From Phaeosaccion multiseriatum (lineage: Eukaryota; Protista; Ochrophyta, other classes), in assembly GCA_965112735.1 (NCBI GenBank), contig OZ218958.1, forward strand, positions 186,001 through 250,000: a DNA stretch of 64,000 nt. The letters run 5' to 3'. The first letter of the stretch is position 1, and every line of letters starts with the position of its first letter. Both the position numbers and the translations under genes were made by a program. Shown here in pieces: positions 37,352 through 50,916 of the stretch. The notes below the pieces were generated by a model that made no database searches, was not told where the DNA came from, and was given only the letters and a program-made list of their open reading frames with translations.

Positions 37352-38692
37352 TTGGTGGAATGAATCATTCATGACCAGTATCACTGCCACGAGGAGTAAA
37401 AAGTCAAAGAGAGGGACTTCCCCATCGCTCATGGCTCTCTGATCTGTCCCTACGCAACTCTGCTGTACTGATTTTACAAAGTGACCAATCCAAATTTAAG
37501 CGGGCTGCACTCGTCGTTCTCTTAAGGTGCTTGTATGAGAGTGAGACAACGGTCCTGAGAGGTGTGAAACCCATCCACAGGATGTTTAACTTCTCAGTAT
37601 CCCTGGGGTGGAGGCAATTGAGCCTATACGCCTACAGCATGCTATTGTGGTACCTCTAAATCTATCCACAGGCTTGCAGGGGCAACAAAGGACATTATAG
37701 TTGTTCCAGAGGGTCGCTCGCAGCCGAACAGGGGTCCTTTCAGTCGTCTGTAGCTACTGGGCTTCATTTCCCCTGTGACCTCCTCTTCAGCTGCTGTCTT
37801 CAGAGCGAACGCAATCTCCAACCACTCCATTTCCACCCACCATGGGCTGGCACGGTAGCTGGGCCTGGCCTTCTTTTGGTGCGTCTTACCTCCTTCTTGC
37901 TCTTTCTTTCCTGTCACAAGTATGATGGTTGGATGATGATGGTTTCGTCGCCGCTCCCGTACCTTTAGCTCCCGCGCTTTAATTCAGAGCAGTCACTTAC
38001 AACCCGTATCTTTTTTTTTTCTTCTTCACTTATTGCTTCACGAAAAAAGTTCAATTTTGGGGCGTTGGGGCGTTGGTGGTCGGAGTATTATTCACAGAAT
38101 CCGTCCACGCTTACTCCATCGTGCTGCTATCGACGCATTCTCGATAGCATGCTGTCGGGCCCGGGCATCCGGGCATGCTATCGGCCGCCGGCGATAGCAG
38201 ATAGCAGATAGCGCGTCAGGCAGGGGTCGAGTTTAGCTACCCACGTTGTTGGTGGATCTATAGCGTGTGGCACACTTCCTTCCCCTGGAGACGCACATGG
38301 AGTTGCTGTCGGAGAGTCAGAGTCCCTGAAACAAGAAGGCAAGGACGGTGTCGCTCAGCTCTCTCCTGCTGCAGGTGCTTGACCATGCGGATATCCTGTG
38401 CGGAAGGGACTTTCAAAGATTCGAAGTTCAATTTCTGGGGCGTTGGTGGTCCGAGTATTGTTCACAGAAGCCGTCCACGCTTACACATGTTCACATGATG
38501 GATCTTTAGCGTGTGGCACACTTCCTGCCCCTTTGGGGGTATGAAGTTGCCATCAGAGGGTCAAAGAAACTTGATCCTTGTCAGAGTCCCTGAAACACAA
38601 AGGGAAGATCTGTGGCTCAGCGCCCTCTCCTGCTGCTAGTCCGGAAGGGACTTGTTACGGATTCATCGTTTCGCGCCAATTGATTTGAATCA

Positions 38693-41600
38693 ATGGCCAT
38701 GTCTTATGAGCAGCGGCAGCAGTTCAAGCTTCGGGCCGGGGGGCCAGATGTGATGGGCGGTGCGATGCTCCTCTTCCTTCGCTTCTCCACCATGTGCTCC
38801 CTCGCCGCGGTCTGCTTCTACATTGGGATCTACTCCTCGTCGTGGTACAGGGCCCACATCTACGATCGTGATGAGCAGCAATTCTATCTCAAGGAGGGCA
38901 AGTTCTCCTTGCGCAATGCCCAGTAAGTACAGTCTTCCAGAAAGGGAATATGGAAGGAGGGTAGCGATGATGGTGACAGCCACACCGCCAGCAGCAACAC
39001 GACAACAACTGCTTCCTGCCGCGCTGGTGCTGGTGCTGATGCTGGTGGTGGTGGTGGTGGTGGTGGTGTTCTTTTCCTACTTTCGCTGCGGAAGGGCAAG
39101 CTGCTTGTCCTCTTTTCTGAGCCCCATATGCGGCCCACTTGCTTTGTCCGTGCCCGTGCCGTACAGCAATTTCATCATCCTCTTCACCGCGGTGCCCTTG
39201 ATGGCAGCCACACTGTTCGGCGCTCTCCACGAGGCCCTTTGGATCAACCGCCGCCTTCGAGCCTCAGCATCTTCCTCGTCCGACTCCGTTGCGTCATCAC
39301 CGCAGCTATCCAAGACGGCCTCCCTGGGCCGAACCTGCAGTGCCGTTCTGCACTACAAGTTAGGACCACTTCTTCAACAACGAGCCCCGTAAGTAGTCAC
39401 GCCACTCCCAGTCGCGGCCACCTCTTTCCCCAAAGCACTGGCTAGTGTTCGGTCGGCTCAGTTGCTGTCGGCCCAGCTCACGGCGGCCTTGCTTGTGTTG
39501 TTCTTGTCGTTTATGAACAACACCACAATGAACAGGTGGATCACCGTGGGGGAGGCCCTCGTAGCGCTTAGCTGGTTGGCCGCCAACATTTGCATGCTCG
39601 TCTACGGAACCATTCGCCGGATGGATCGCTTCGAGGCAGGGTCAGGTAGAGGCACAAAGAGCGAGTACCGGCTCCAGGTCGTCGCCTTCCAGTTCGGGGT
39701 CGTCTGCATGGCGAACATGACGGTGGTCCTTATTCCTGTTTCGCGCTCGAGCCGCCTGCTAACCGGTATGGGAGTGAGTTTCGAGCGGGCGGTGCTATAT
39801 CACAAGGTGGTGGGGCATGCGGCCTTGTTGGCCCTGCTGTTGCACGCTGGGCTCTATGTGGTCTACTGGGTCTTGCTCGGAGGTGAGTGAGTGTGAGTGT
39901 GCATCGCCCTATAATTGGAAAGGATCAGGGCGTGAGTGAGCGAGTGCACGAGCAAACGTGCAACAATCTCACTGTTTTGTCTCTTTTGCTCTCTTTCTTT
40001 CTTTCTACTTTGTCAGGCATCAGCCGGGCGTATGAAGAGTCCGTCCACTGGAAGGGCGGCACCAACATCCCGTTCGGATGGATGACCATGGTCTTCGGCC
40101 TGCCTCTTTGGATCACCTCCATCGCCACGGTCCGCAAGCACTACTACTCACTCTTCAAGGCTGTGCACTGGCTCGCCATCCCCGTCCTCGTCTTTTCGTG
40201 CCTGCACGACGACAAGGTGGCCTACTTCCTCCTCGGCCCCATGATCATCTACGCTGCTCACGTGGCCACAAGACTCGCGTCATGGCAGGTACATACGCGC
40301 ACGCCCCACGCTACGCCCCCTGCCTCCCCTTTGCATTCCCCACGCTGCTGCTTCCTTCCCTCACTTAATTAATGCCCCCGCCCCGCCCACCAACCCACTC
40401 CACTCGCTTTCTTTGTCCCGTTGTGGCGGACAGCGCTGGAGGTCGTGGCAGACGTGGCCCTCCGTCCGTGGCGTGCTGCGCCTCTTCACCTCGGCCTCCT
40501 CCGGCAAGACCCAAACAGCAGCAGCCTCAAGCAACAAGAGCAGCGATATCATCCCCAAGCCGCACGTGGTGACGTACCTGGCCGTTCGTGGGGAATACAT
40601 TGTGCTCTCCGTCTCTGTGCCCGAGAGTTTTAGCATGCGGGGAGGTGCCTTCGCTTACCTCTCCTGCCCTGGCACCCTCATCGGCCGGGCCAACGAAGCG
40701 CACGCCTTCTCCGTGGGTATGCGAGGAGTACCCCCACACTACCCCCACGACGGCGCCACGTCCTCCTCCGCCGCCTCCGCTCCTTGCTGCACTTTCTACA
40801 TCAAGAAGCTGGGCGGCTGGACCGACGCTCTGGCCAAACTGTCTGCGGGCGTGGAGCTGAGCGGCGACCCTTCCTCCCTCCTTGTCGACATGGATGGGCC
40901 CTACAACCAGAGCGGCGTCGCCTTCACCTCGCACGCGGCCCTTGGAGCCGAGCGAGTGGTGCTCGTTGCTGGGGGCAGCGGCCTCGCGTCCTTCCTGTGC
41001 TTCCTCCAAGACTGGAGCCTTGCCGCAGCCGCGGCGGGTGACGAAGGGAGGCTTCTTCCGGAGGTGCATCTCGTGTGGACCACGCGATCGATGCAGGAGA
41101 TGGAGCTCCTGGGCGCTGCACTGCCCACCTTCCTCGCGCAAGCTGGGGAGCTGGGCTCGCGCAAGCTGAGCCTGACGCTGCATTGCACTGCCAAGAACCT
41201 CGCAAAGGAGGAGCAGACACTGATGCGAGCAGAGGCGGGCGGAAGTTCCTCGCTGCTCGTGGAGTGGCCGGCCGCCGCTACCGGTGCTACCGGCCGCAGC
41301 CCTGTGGCTCAAGCCTCGTACGTGCCCGCCCTCCTGGACGTGATGCGAACGGCATTCGCTCTGAGCGGCGGCTACGTGGGTGTAATGTTCGCCAACTACG
41401 AAGAGGAGAACCGTGGTGGGCTGCGAGGCTACCACCGAGGGGGGCTCATGGTGGCGCTGACTGCATCGTGGGCAATCGCCTTCCTCGTGTTTTGGGAGCT
41501 GGTGTGGACGCTGATTCTTCGGCCCTGCTTCTGCCCCAGGCGCCAGACTTCGGCGGCAGCCCGCTCTTCCGGCGCCAGCGTTGCTGACGCCGATGATGCT

Positions 41601-41939
41601 GCGGTGAGTATGACGGCCCCCAGCAACGGCTCGGGTCTGCGCCATGACGAGGAGACCAAGATGGCGCGTCAAGACGAGGAGACCAAGGCCATGGGGCCTG
41701 ACGACGACAAGTTCAAGCAGCACGAGCCCTTCGCCAAGTCTACCGCCCCCGTGCAGCCAGGCCGCCCCGACGTTTGGGAGCTCTTGCGGGCCGAGAAGCG
41801 CCTAGCGGAGGGGGAGGGTCGGCTACGCGTGCGCGTGTTGGCCAGCGGGCCCGACGCCATGGTAAAGGAGTGCGTGCGTGCAGCGAGGGACATTGACTGG
41901 AGGCTCTTTGCCGTGGAGGAGTTCTCCTTCGAGTTTTAA
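38693..41939 (+). CDS. Ferric reductase / ferric reduction oxidase (FRO family), intact copy, 5 exons
   Basis: Exons 38693-38922, 39167-39388, 39536-39882, 40017-40288, 40434-41939; heme-binding TM motifs PVSRSS...FERAVLYHKVVGH...LH and RKHYYSLFKAVHW...LH; FAD motifs HAFS and DGPY; NADPH motifs LVAGGSG, HLVWTTR, SGP, EEFSF. Confidence 0.92.
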
Positions 41940-42446
41940 GCTGGAGGGACGGAGGGGGGGAGTGTAGGTGTATGGGCAGGACATCGACATTAGGTATCGA
42001 GAGGGTCGACTTTGGGTTTAATTCGGGACTGTGGGCGGGAGGTTATCGGGTCAGTGACAAGGCCGTGTAGTAGGCAAAGGGGATAAGGACAAAGGACATA
42101 CAGGACATTGGGACAAGGGGAAGGACAGGACATGATTTACGTGATTTTTTTTAGACGAAATTAAGGCGTTTAAAGAGACAAACAGGGCTTTAAAGGGGGT
42201 CAAAAAGGGGAACGTCGTAAATGCAATCGTCATTTGGCGTCAAAAAAAATTCACGCGGGGCGAGTGCCACTCGACCGCGCGAAATCACAGGAGAATCCAA
42301 AAGAAAACCCGTAAGTGACATCTATAGAAAAAGACTGTGAAGGATCCGATGTGGTGCTTCGCGCCATCTGTGAGCTGCCTATCTCGTCCGCTTCCTCCTC
42401 CTTCCTCCTCCTTCCTCTGGGCTTCCTGAGCGTGACGACGGGAGAG

Positions 42447-45400
42447 ATGGGGGCGAAAACGGGGGGCACAGTATTGGCAGCCTCTGGAGGGATGCTTCTG
42501 CTGCTTCTCATCGCAGTCTGCCATGTTGCAACTACGGTGGGCTTTATGCCGTCCTCCACCCCGGCAGTGCTCCTCTCTCAGACGAAGGTCTCGCCAAGCA
42601 ATAACAAGGCCATCATTCAGCGCGCAACAGGCGTTCCCTCTAGGCCCTCCCCTCCACCGACGTTCGCCCGCTCCCGGTCATCCCGAGCGAGCATGAACAT
42701 GTCCACCAAGCTGACTGCCCAACCGCCCAAGCTCATCATCTCGGGCGCCCCTGCCAGTGGGAAAGGCACCCAGTGCGAGTTAATCACGCAGCAGTACGGC
42801 TGCGTGCACCTAAGCACGGGAGACATGCTGCGGGAGGCCGTGAAGGACGGGACTGCACTGGGCACGTCTGCAAAGGGCTTCATGGACAGTGGACAGCTGG
42901 TGCCGGACGAGGTCATCACAGGAGTGGTGACGGATCGACTTGCTATGCAGGACTGCCAGGAGAAGGGCTGGCTGCTGGACGGCTTCCCCAGGACCAAGGT
43001 TAGTCCGTCAGTTGGCCAGTCAGTCGTTCAGTGAGAGGAAAGAGAGGGGGGAAGGGGGATGAGGAGAATACTTCATCGAGCTTAGCCTATCTTTCCCTCA
43101 ATACATTCCCTCCTAACCCCCCCTCCTTCACACACACATGCGCTAGGCCCAGGCCGAGGCTCTGGCGCAGGCTGGAGCGTTGCCCGATGCCTTCATCCTG
43201 CTCAACGTGCCCGAGAAGGACCTAGTGGAGCGCGTGGTGGGCCGCCGCACCGACCCGGAGACCGGCAAGATCTACCACACCAAATTCTTCCCCGCGGAGG
43301 ACAAGGACGTGGAGGCGCGTCTCGTGCAACGCTCGGACGACACGGAGGAGAAGGTCAAGGTGAGCGAGGTATCGGGCTCGAGTGTACAATGCTTGCCAGA
43401 TGCCCTGTGTGTCTGTGTACCTGCATTTTTGGCTGCCCGCCCGACCAATAATTCGTCGCTCCTCCTCCTCTGCTCCACCCCTCTCGTCCTCCTCACTTCC
43501 TCTTCACCTCTCCGTCTCCTCTCCATGACCTCGCTTGTCAACGCCCCTCCTGTGCCCAACCGCTCTTCATGACCTCGCTTGTTTACGCCCCTCCTCTGCC
43601 CACACTCTGCCCACCCCTCCTCCTCTCCAGGTGCGGCTGGTGGCGTTTCAGAAGCACAGAGACGAGGTGCTGCAGTGCTACGACGAGGGTCTCCGCGTCG
43701 AGGTGGACGGCACCAAGAGCAAGGATGAGGTGTTCCAAACCATCACCACCGCCCTCGGCCCGAAGGGAGGGGCTGCCACTACCACCAGTACCACCAGCAC
43801 TTCCCCTGCCCCCGGCCCTGGTGTGGTGAAGACAGCAGCCTCGTTGGCTGCCATCGTATTCGCCGACACCGCCGCCAAAAGACTGTTCCTGAGGCTTGGA
43901 TGGTCCTTTCCGGCGTCCCTGGGGGGCATGCTCGCCCTGTTCGCTCTGCTGCTCGTCCTCTCCTCGGCCAAGTCCACCGCCGGAGCTGCCGAGGGCCTGG
44001 CCTCTTCTCTACAGCCCGGCTCGGCCTTCCTCTCCCGCTGGCTGCCCGTGTTCTTTGTGCCCAGCCTGATCACCCTCCCTCTCAGCCCTGCCCTAAGCGG
44101 GGCGGATGCTGCTCGGCTCGGCGCGGTGGTGGTGGGGGGTTACCTCTTCAGCCTGCTCAGCACCGCCAAGCTGGTGACTCTGCTGAGTGGCGGGGGCAAA
44201 GCTCCAGCAGTTGGTGATACAGCAGCAACAGCAGCAGCAACAGCCCCTGCCTCTGCCTCTTCCTCCCCTCCCCCCCGCGCCTTCTCCAAGACACTGCAAG
44301 GCTCCTTCTTCACCGCTGCAGTGGGCACGGGCTCAGCCGCTGCCGTCATTGCTCGAAGGGCTGCTGAGCCTTCCCTTACTGTGCTGTCCATGCTGCGATC
44401 GGCATGCATGCTCAGCACCACGCTTCTCACTTACACCGTGGGAGTCACCTCCGTGCCCAAGAAGGTGGGGGGGGGGAGGGAGGCAGAGAGGGAGGGAGGG
44501 AAAGAGAGGGGCCGAAGGGGAGACGGAGGGAAGGGTAGATGGGTTGGTCTCGCAGTGAGCTTGTGCCTGTGACTCATGTACTCGTGTACGTACAGCCTCT
44601 CCCCTCTCTGTCCGGCCACGCGCGTCTTATCCCACCCACCCCCTGCCCCTGTATGACTGAATTGCCTCACTACCTATCTGTCCTACTGCACAACCACCTC
44701 ACAGTCTCACTGCCTCACTGCCCCACTGCCCCATCGTACTGCATAGGTCAAGGCCCTGGTGCACCCTTTGGTGACATGCACCGCCCTGACCCTCTCCGCC
44801 GCGCACCTGCTAGCCCGGGCCTCGGGGGTCGCCTCCTCCCTCACCTTCACCTCCGTCCTACAGGTGCTGTACCTGTTGTAACTGTTGTAACTGCAATACT
44901 CATAGTCTCCTCAGAGCCGCACCTTGTAACCCTGTAACCGTCATCTGTAACCGTCATGAGCGCCTCCCCTCCCCTCATCTCCCAACACGTGGCAACACAA
45001 ACAGGGCTATGTGACGCAATCAAAGTGTCCCGTGCACCTCGGGGCCGGAAACATCCTCTTGGGCCTCCTCGGGCCCTCCATCCTCTCCTTCGCCCTCCAA
45101 ATGTACCAGCGTAGGCAGCTGCTCAGAGAGAACCTCGGCAAGGTGCTCGGCGCCACCCTCTACGCCGCTGCGAGTGGGCTCTTTGGAACGGCCGCCCTGG
45201 CGAGGGGTTTGTCACTCAGTCCGTCTCTCCGCTTGTCGGCTCTCTCTCGTCAGATCACCTCACCTCTTGCGCTGGCCATCGCAGGCATGCTGGGGGCGCA
45301 GGCCTCAATGGCGGTGGCTATTGTTGTGGTCACGGGGGTGCTTGGGGCCAACTTCGGTGCCACTCTCCTCTCCAAGGCGGGGTGAGTGAGTGAGTGAGTG

Positions 45401-45557
45401 AGTGAGTGATTGAGTGAGTGCGTGAGTGGGTGGATGAGTGAGTTAGTGAGGCAGTGTAGTGTAGAGCCACAAGGGGGGGGGGGGGTGCTTTGCTTTCTAT
45501 TCTTTACCCAGAGACCGGAGGGAAGAAGGAAACCGTCTCTCTGTCTGTCCGTCTATG

Positions 45558-45598
<41 letters not shown>

Positions 45599-46211
45599 CT
45601 CTCGTTCTCTCTCTCTCTGTGTGTGCCATGAGGAGCGCATCGTGCCGTACGCTTGTTTTGTTGACTTGTTGTATTGATGACTTCAAAGAGTCGAGCGAAC
45701 GGACAAGAAAAGAGTACCAGAGTCGAGGGGCGAAGAGAAAAGAGAAGAGAAGCGACAGAGGACCAGTCGTTGGAGGGAGGGAGGGAGGGACACGAGATTG
45801 ATGCGAAGGGCTCGGACTGATGTCGCCCGCCGCCTCTACTCTGCAACTCCCTCTCCCGTTCTCACAGCCGCCCTTCCCGCGCGTATGGCTCCACTCGCGT
45901 TTCTCCCCACCCGCCTGCCCCCTCCGCCCCCCTCCTCCCTCCCTCTCTCTTCTCTCCTTCCATCTGTACATCTATCCATCTATCTATCTGTCTATGCTTT
46001 CTCTCTCTCTAGTGTGGAAGACCCCGTGGCCCGTGGTCTGGCGCAGGGGGCGAGTGCGCACGGACTGGGCACAGCGGCCATGGTGAATGAGCCGTCCGCC
46101 TTCGCCTTCGCAGCCCTTTCCATGGCCCTCACCGCCACCTTCAGCACCCTGCTCGTGTCAGTAGGGCCCGTCAAGAAACTGCTACTCAAACTGGCCGTGG
46201 GGGCGCCATGA
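42447..46211 (+). CDS. Plastid adenylate kinase fused to a PLGG1-like (LrgA-LrgB) glycolate/glycerate transporter, 6 exons
   Basis: Exons 42447-42998, 43147-43359, 43631-44464, 44747-44863, 45005-45381, 46013-46211. The AK C-terminus runs into the transporter inside exon 3 with no stop. PLGG1-type motifs [68 protein letters not shown]. Confidence 0.9.
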
Positions 46212-46422
46212 GACATGGGACTGATGAGTTGGTTGGTTGAAAGAAGAGAGGGCGTGCTGGCGCCAGAGGGAAGTGCACTTCCTCCCCTCCCCCCCCCGCC
46301 TCCCCTCCCTGGCGCTCGGGACATACATGGCGTTTCAGGAAATGGCAGGGAGGGCTTTACAGTCCACCGCGTGAGTGAGTGTGACAAGTCGAGAAGGTTG
46401 ATAAGAGAGAGTAAAAAAAGAA

Positions 46423-46512
46423 TCGGCTCCAGACTAACCTTAAAAGCCTATGCTCTAGGCCGGCCATTTTTTTCTCCCCTATTTTGGGCCGGGGGGGCTG
46501 CGCAAAAAATAG
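46423..46512. mobile_element. Degraded, uninterrupted relative of the CCTAGG TIR element
   Basis: tcggctccagact...aagcctatgctctaggccggccat...ggccgggggggctgcgc joins sequences that flank the nested insertions at 29130-29160 and 35380-35464 (reverse orientation). Confidence 0.7.
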
Positions 46513-47372
46513 ATCACACGTATTACTATTAGGCAGTTGTGGATGGCAGCAGATGGCGAAAACACCCATAGGAGCAAGTCCCTTTTTTCAAGGCACACGT
46601 CTCGCTGCTTGTTGGCCATTGAAGAGTGTCCGGGAGGTCAGTAGGAGTGAGTTGGACGTCTTCAAAGCTGCGTAGCAGAGGAGGAGCGGCAGCAGCGGCA
46701 GGGGAAGTCCCCGTGGAGCGAAGAAAGCGTCCGCCCCTCAAAAGAGCAACCAAGGCGAGAAAAAGCAGCAGGGGGGAGAAGGGAGAGAGACAGATCCCCT
46801 GAGGGCGAGAGGGGGAGAGAGGTATCGTCTCAGAACGGGACGAAGGACAAGTAGACTTCAAAGTCGCTCTTTGGCCAAGAGAACACGAGCGGAGTGAAGG
46901 CTTGTGGAACGGGACTTGTTGCCGGTATCAAGGTAGGGGCAGGGGAGGAGATGAAGGGGGACTCCTTTCATGAGCCATCGGCTACCGCATCTGGATCTGG
47001 CTCTCTGTGTTTCTTCTCATCCTTCCATCTCATCTCCTCACGCGCCCATGATTCATGTTCGGCACACTCTGTCCTGTTTCGTTCCGGTTCACCTCCTCAT
47101 TCTCCATCTTTGTGGCTTCTCCTTACGCACAGAGCCAAAGAAGCGGAGGAAGGCAGTCCTCTGCCTCAGTTCGAGCACTGTTGAGACAGACAGACGCACA
47201 GACAGAGAGACAGACAGAGCCATCGCGTGTGGCCTCAAAGAAGCCTCCAAAGCTAGCCTCGATTAGTAGGGGCAGCAGCCGTGGTAGGGTAGGGGCAGCA
47301 AGAAGGAGCAGCAGCAGAGGCGCCGGCAGCGGGCGGTACAGTTGCGGCAGTGGCCTGGACGCTGGCACCACC

Positions 47373-49014
47373 ATGTCCAACGATGAGGATGTGTACACGC
47401 GTAAGTTCGGGGGCGGGGGAGCGAGCTCGGCGGAGCAGACCTCGGACCACGACATTGCCGCGGGGGGGATGACCAACAAGAACACTGAGTGGATGGAGTC
47501 CGCATACACATGGGTGAGAGGAGTAGGGGGCCGGAGGGGCACAGAGGGGAACTAGCTGGCTATGGTCGACGGAGCGAGAGGGAGAGGGAGGGCAGAGAGA
47601 ATGGAGAGAGACAGAAGACAGCAGGGAGGCGACACACACAGTAGAGAGCAGCAGGGAGGCGACACACACACAGCAGGCCCTTGTCTCCTCACCTCTTTAC
47701 CCTCTTGGATCCTTACGCCCTTCCCGCCTTACCTCCATGTGTGTGTGTGCGTGGCCTGTGCAGGTGATCTATGTGTGTGTGTGCGCCTGCATCGCCATGT
47801 GCCCCATTGTGACGAACATGCTGAGCGTGTCCGCCGCCACCACTGCCCTCAACATCATTCACGGAGTGGTGAGTGAGTGAGTGAATTGGTGGAACAGAGG
47901 GAGTGTGATTCGGTGCCGACAAGAAAGGGACAGTCAGTGTGTGGTTGTCGGTCTCGATTTATGAAGTAGAGCTAGAGAATAGAAGAAATACTGGTCTCGC
48001 TGACGTTTAGCTTCCCATCCCCTCCCCTTTCTCCCTCCCCTTCCGTTCCTTCCCACCCCCCCCCCCACGATCTTCCTCTCCGAAGGCCACATTCACCTTC
48101 TTCCACTGGATCAAGGGCTCCCCTGACGAGTGGTCTCAGGGCGAGTGGAACGGCTTGACCTTCTGGGAGCAGCTCAACGCCGGCCTGCCCTGGACATCCA
48201 CCAAGAAGTTCCTCATGGTCGTTCCGGCAGTGCTGTGAGTGGAGAGGAGGGAGGGAGGCAGGGGCGGGAGGGAGAGCGAGGGAGGGAAGGAGGAAGGGAG
48301 GGAGGGAGGGAGGGAGGGAGGGAGGGAGGGAGGGAGGGAGGGAGGGAGTTTGCGGCAAGGGGGACAGAGCGGACGGCAAAGGGAGAGTGAAAGAGAGCGC
48401 AAAGAGGAAGCCCTGTGTCACGACTGACAACACCTCACCTCACCCCTCCGCCCTCCCGCCCCACATGCCTCTACTCCTATCTCCTCTCCTCTCCTCTCCT
48501 CTCCTCTCCTCTGTTGTGCTGTGCCCCGCTTTGCTTTACTGTCCCCTCTGCAGATGCCTCATCCCGTGCGTGCTGACTAACTACGACCACCAGGCGCTGC
48601 TGCTCAACGTGCCCGTGTTCGTCGTGCTCATCATCGCCAAGCTTCCCGCCATGCACAGGGTCAGTGAGTGTGTGTATGTGTGTGCGTGTGTGAGTGCGTG
48701 TGTGTGTGTGCGTGCCGTGTGTGTGTGCGTGTGTGTGTGGGTTGTGTGTGTGTGAATGTGTGTGCGTGTGCGTGCGTGTGTGTGCGCCTTCAAAGGTCTT
48801 GTCCGAGAGGGCACTTGCTGTACGTAGGATATTCTCTCTCTCTCTCTCTCTCTCTCTTATCTCCCCCCCTCTCCCTGTCCCTCTCTCGCTCTCTCTCTCT
48901 CTCTCTCTTCATCCTCTCCCTCTCCCTCGATTTCAGGTCCGAATTTGTTCCATCAACGCCACGACGGGCATCGATGACAAGCTAAACGAGAAGCACGCCA
49001 AGAAGTTCGAGTAG
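47373..49014 (+). CDS. ORMDL: ORMDL/ORM1 family regulator of serine palmitoyltransferase, 5 exons
   Basis: Exons 47373-47513, 47764-47868, 48086-48234, 48554-48659, 48937-49014 give NKNTEW...NIIHGVATFTFFHWIKGSP...QGEWNGLTFWEQL...WTSTKKFLMVVP...IAKLPAMHRVRI. Confidence 0.95.
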
Positions 49015-50916
49015 CAGTGAGACTGACTGACTTTTGCTGACTTACGGACGGACCGGCCGGGAGCATGTATGGTGAAATGGTATCGTACCATGGAAGCTTT
49101 TTTGACAAGGAATCTGCACACGTATATACCACGTTGGGGTCAGGGTAGGGTTCTGTGGTCTGCCCGACGCCCCTCCCCCCACCCGCCCAAAGAAGGGACA
49201 TTGGGAGGACAGGGGAGGTGATGGGGCGTCTCTGGGGCAGTCATTCATTGGTGTGGAGAGTGCAGCGCACAAGAGGCCCGAGAGAGAGGGGTAGCAGCAG
49301 CAGTTGGTGATACAGCAGCAGTTGGTGATACAGCAGCAGCAACAGCAGCAGCAGCAGCAGCAGCAGCGGCGGCCGCGGCGGTGGGGTAGCTGTGGGAAGG
49401 AAGAAGGAGGAATTTTGGGGGGGCGGGGGGGGGTAAGTGCGTGGAGGAGCTTTATTTTAATGGGTGGCCGAAGCCTGCCAAGCCAAGGCCAGGGTGGGCT
49501 GAGGGGGCAGGGGGGAAAAGGCAGGGAGAGCGCGGGTAGGGGAGGTGGAAGGGGTGAAACAGAGACGGAACGCACCCAACTGTACAGAGTAGAGATACGA
49601 GTACCATAAGATAATGGAAAAAGGAAAAGGGTATGGTGATGATTCGGGCTTCCTTTCCGTGTCGACTTTGGGCGACTCCCCCTCGGGTACCGACCCCACT
49701 CCCAAGCGATACACACGCACACACACACACTTTTTCAGTTTCTTACAATGTAGTAGTAGATGATTTCTATTAAGTCAATTAACGTCTCTCCCAAGGGACA
49801 ACATTGGCTGTACACTATCCCTGTACACCGTGCACTGGCATAATTGGTAATTGGCGGTCAAGCTAACGTTGTGTGTCATCACCGCCCTCCCACCTCTCTT
49901 GGACGCTTTTTGTACTTGGGCCATGCAGATGCACTGATGGACTGCTCAAGCCCGCCCCTCGCGTGGAAGAGCGTGGAATAGAGTTCCTGCTGCCTTACTG
50001 AATAGAGCTCCTGCTGCCTTGCTGAATAGAGCTCCTGCTGCCTTGCTGCGGCCGACGCCACACCCCAGCGCTGTGCCTGACTGGCCCATGCCGGCTGTTG
50101 TTGTGATAGATATCGACGCTTGTGACCGAGCACTGCATCGAGATACAATATCGAGGTTTCCCGGTGGGTATCGCAACAGCAGTCCTGTGAGCTACTGCCC
50201 TACTGACTGGACTACCTCTGCTGACAGCCTCTGCTGACCTCCTTTCTCTCTCTTCACACATCACATCGCATGCGCAGGCACTGGAGCCGCAGGAAACCCC
50301 CAAACAGGACAGCAGAGCAGCAGGACAAACAAGTGCAGGACAGCAGGACAATAACAGCAGGACAGCAGAGCAGCAGGACAAACAAGTGCAGGACAGCAGG
50401 ACAGCAGGACAATAAAAGCAGGACAGCAGCCAGCCGACGAGGCCAATGACGTCACACCTGATCAGCCCAGGCTTGCAGAGGCCAGGCCTTGAGCGGGCAT
50501 GAGCAGGCGTCTCCTTGCGGCACTCTTGCACTAAGAGGAGGAGAGTGGCCTCCCATGTTCGTTGAACTGAAACTGTGCAGCAGCACTCCCTCCCCACCCT
50601 TGATGGACCGGCCAAGTAAACACTCGTGTTTGCTCCATCAGCAGGGTGTGTGTGTGTGGAGGAGTGTGGTGAGGAACAGACCACCACAGCACCCCTTCGC
50701 TTCAGCTGCAGTGCGGCAAGGGCACCGCAAAGGAAGAGAGAGAGACGTGTGCGGTACAGCCAAAGGTCTCTGCTTGCCTGCTTGCCTGCTTCCCCCATCC
50801 CTACTCCTCGGCTGCCTTGCCCCGATGATCCAAGGACCTCGAGCCAATGCACGCACGCACGCACGCACACACGCACGCAATTGTGAGGTCGGCCCCGGCA
50901 CTTGATCAAAAACAAA

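Noticed and set aside
49960-50430. Short tandem repeats (ctgctgccttgctgaatagagct; caggacagcag)
   Set aside because: Ordinary intergenic minisatellites with no termini or coding signal.
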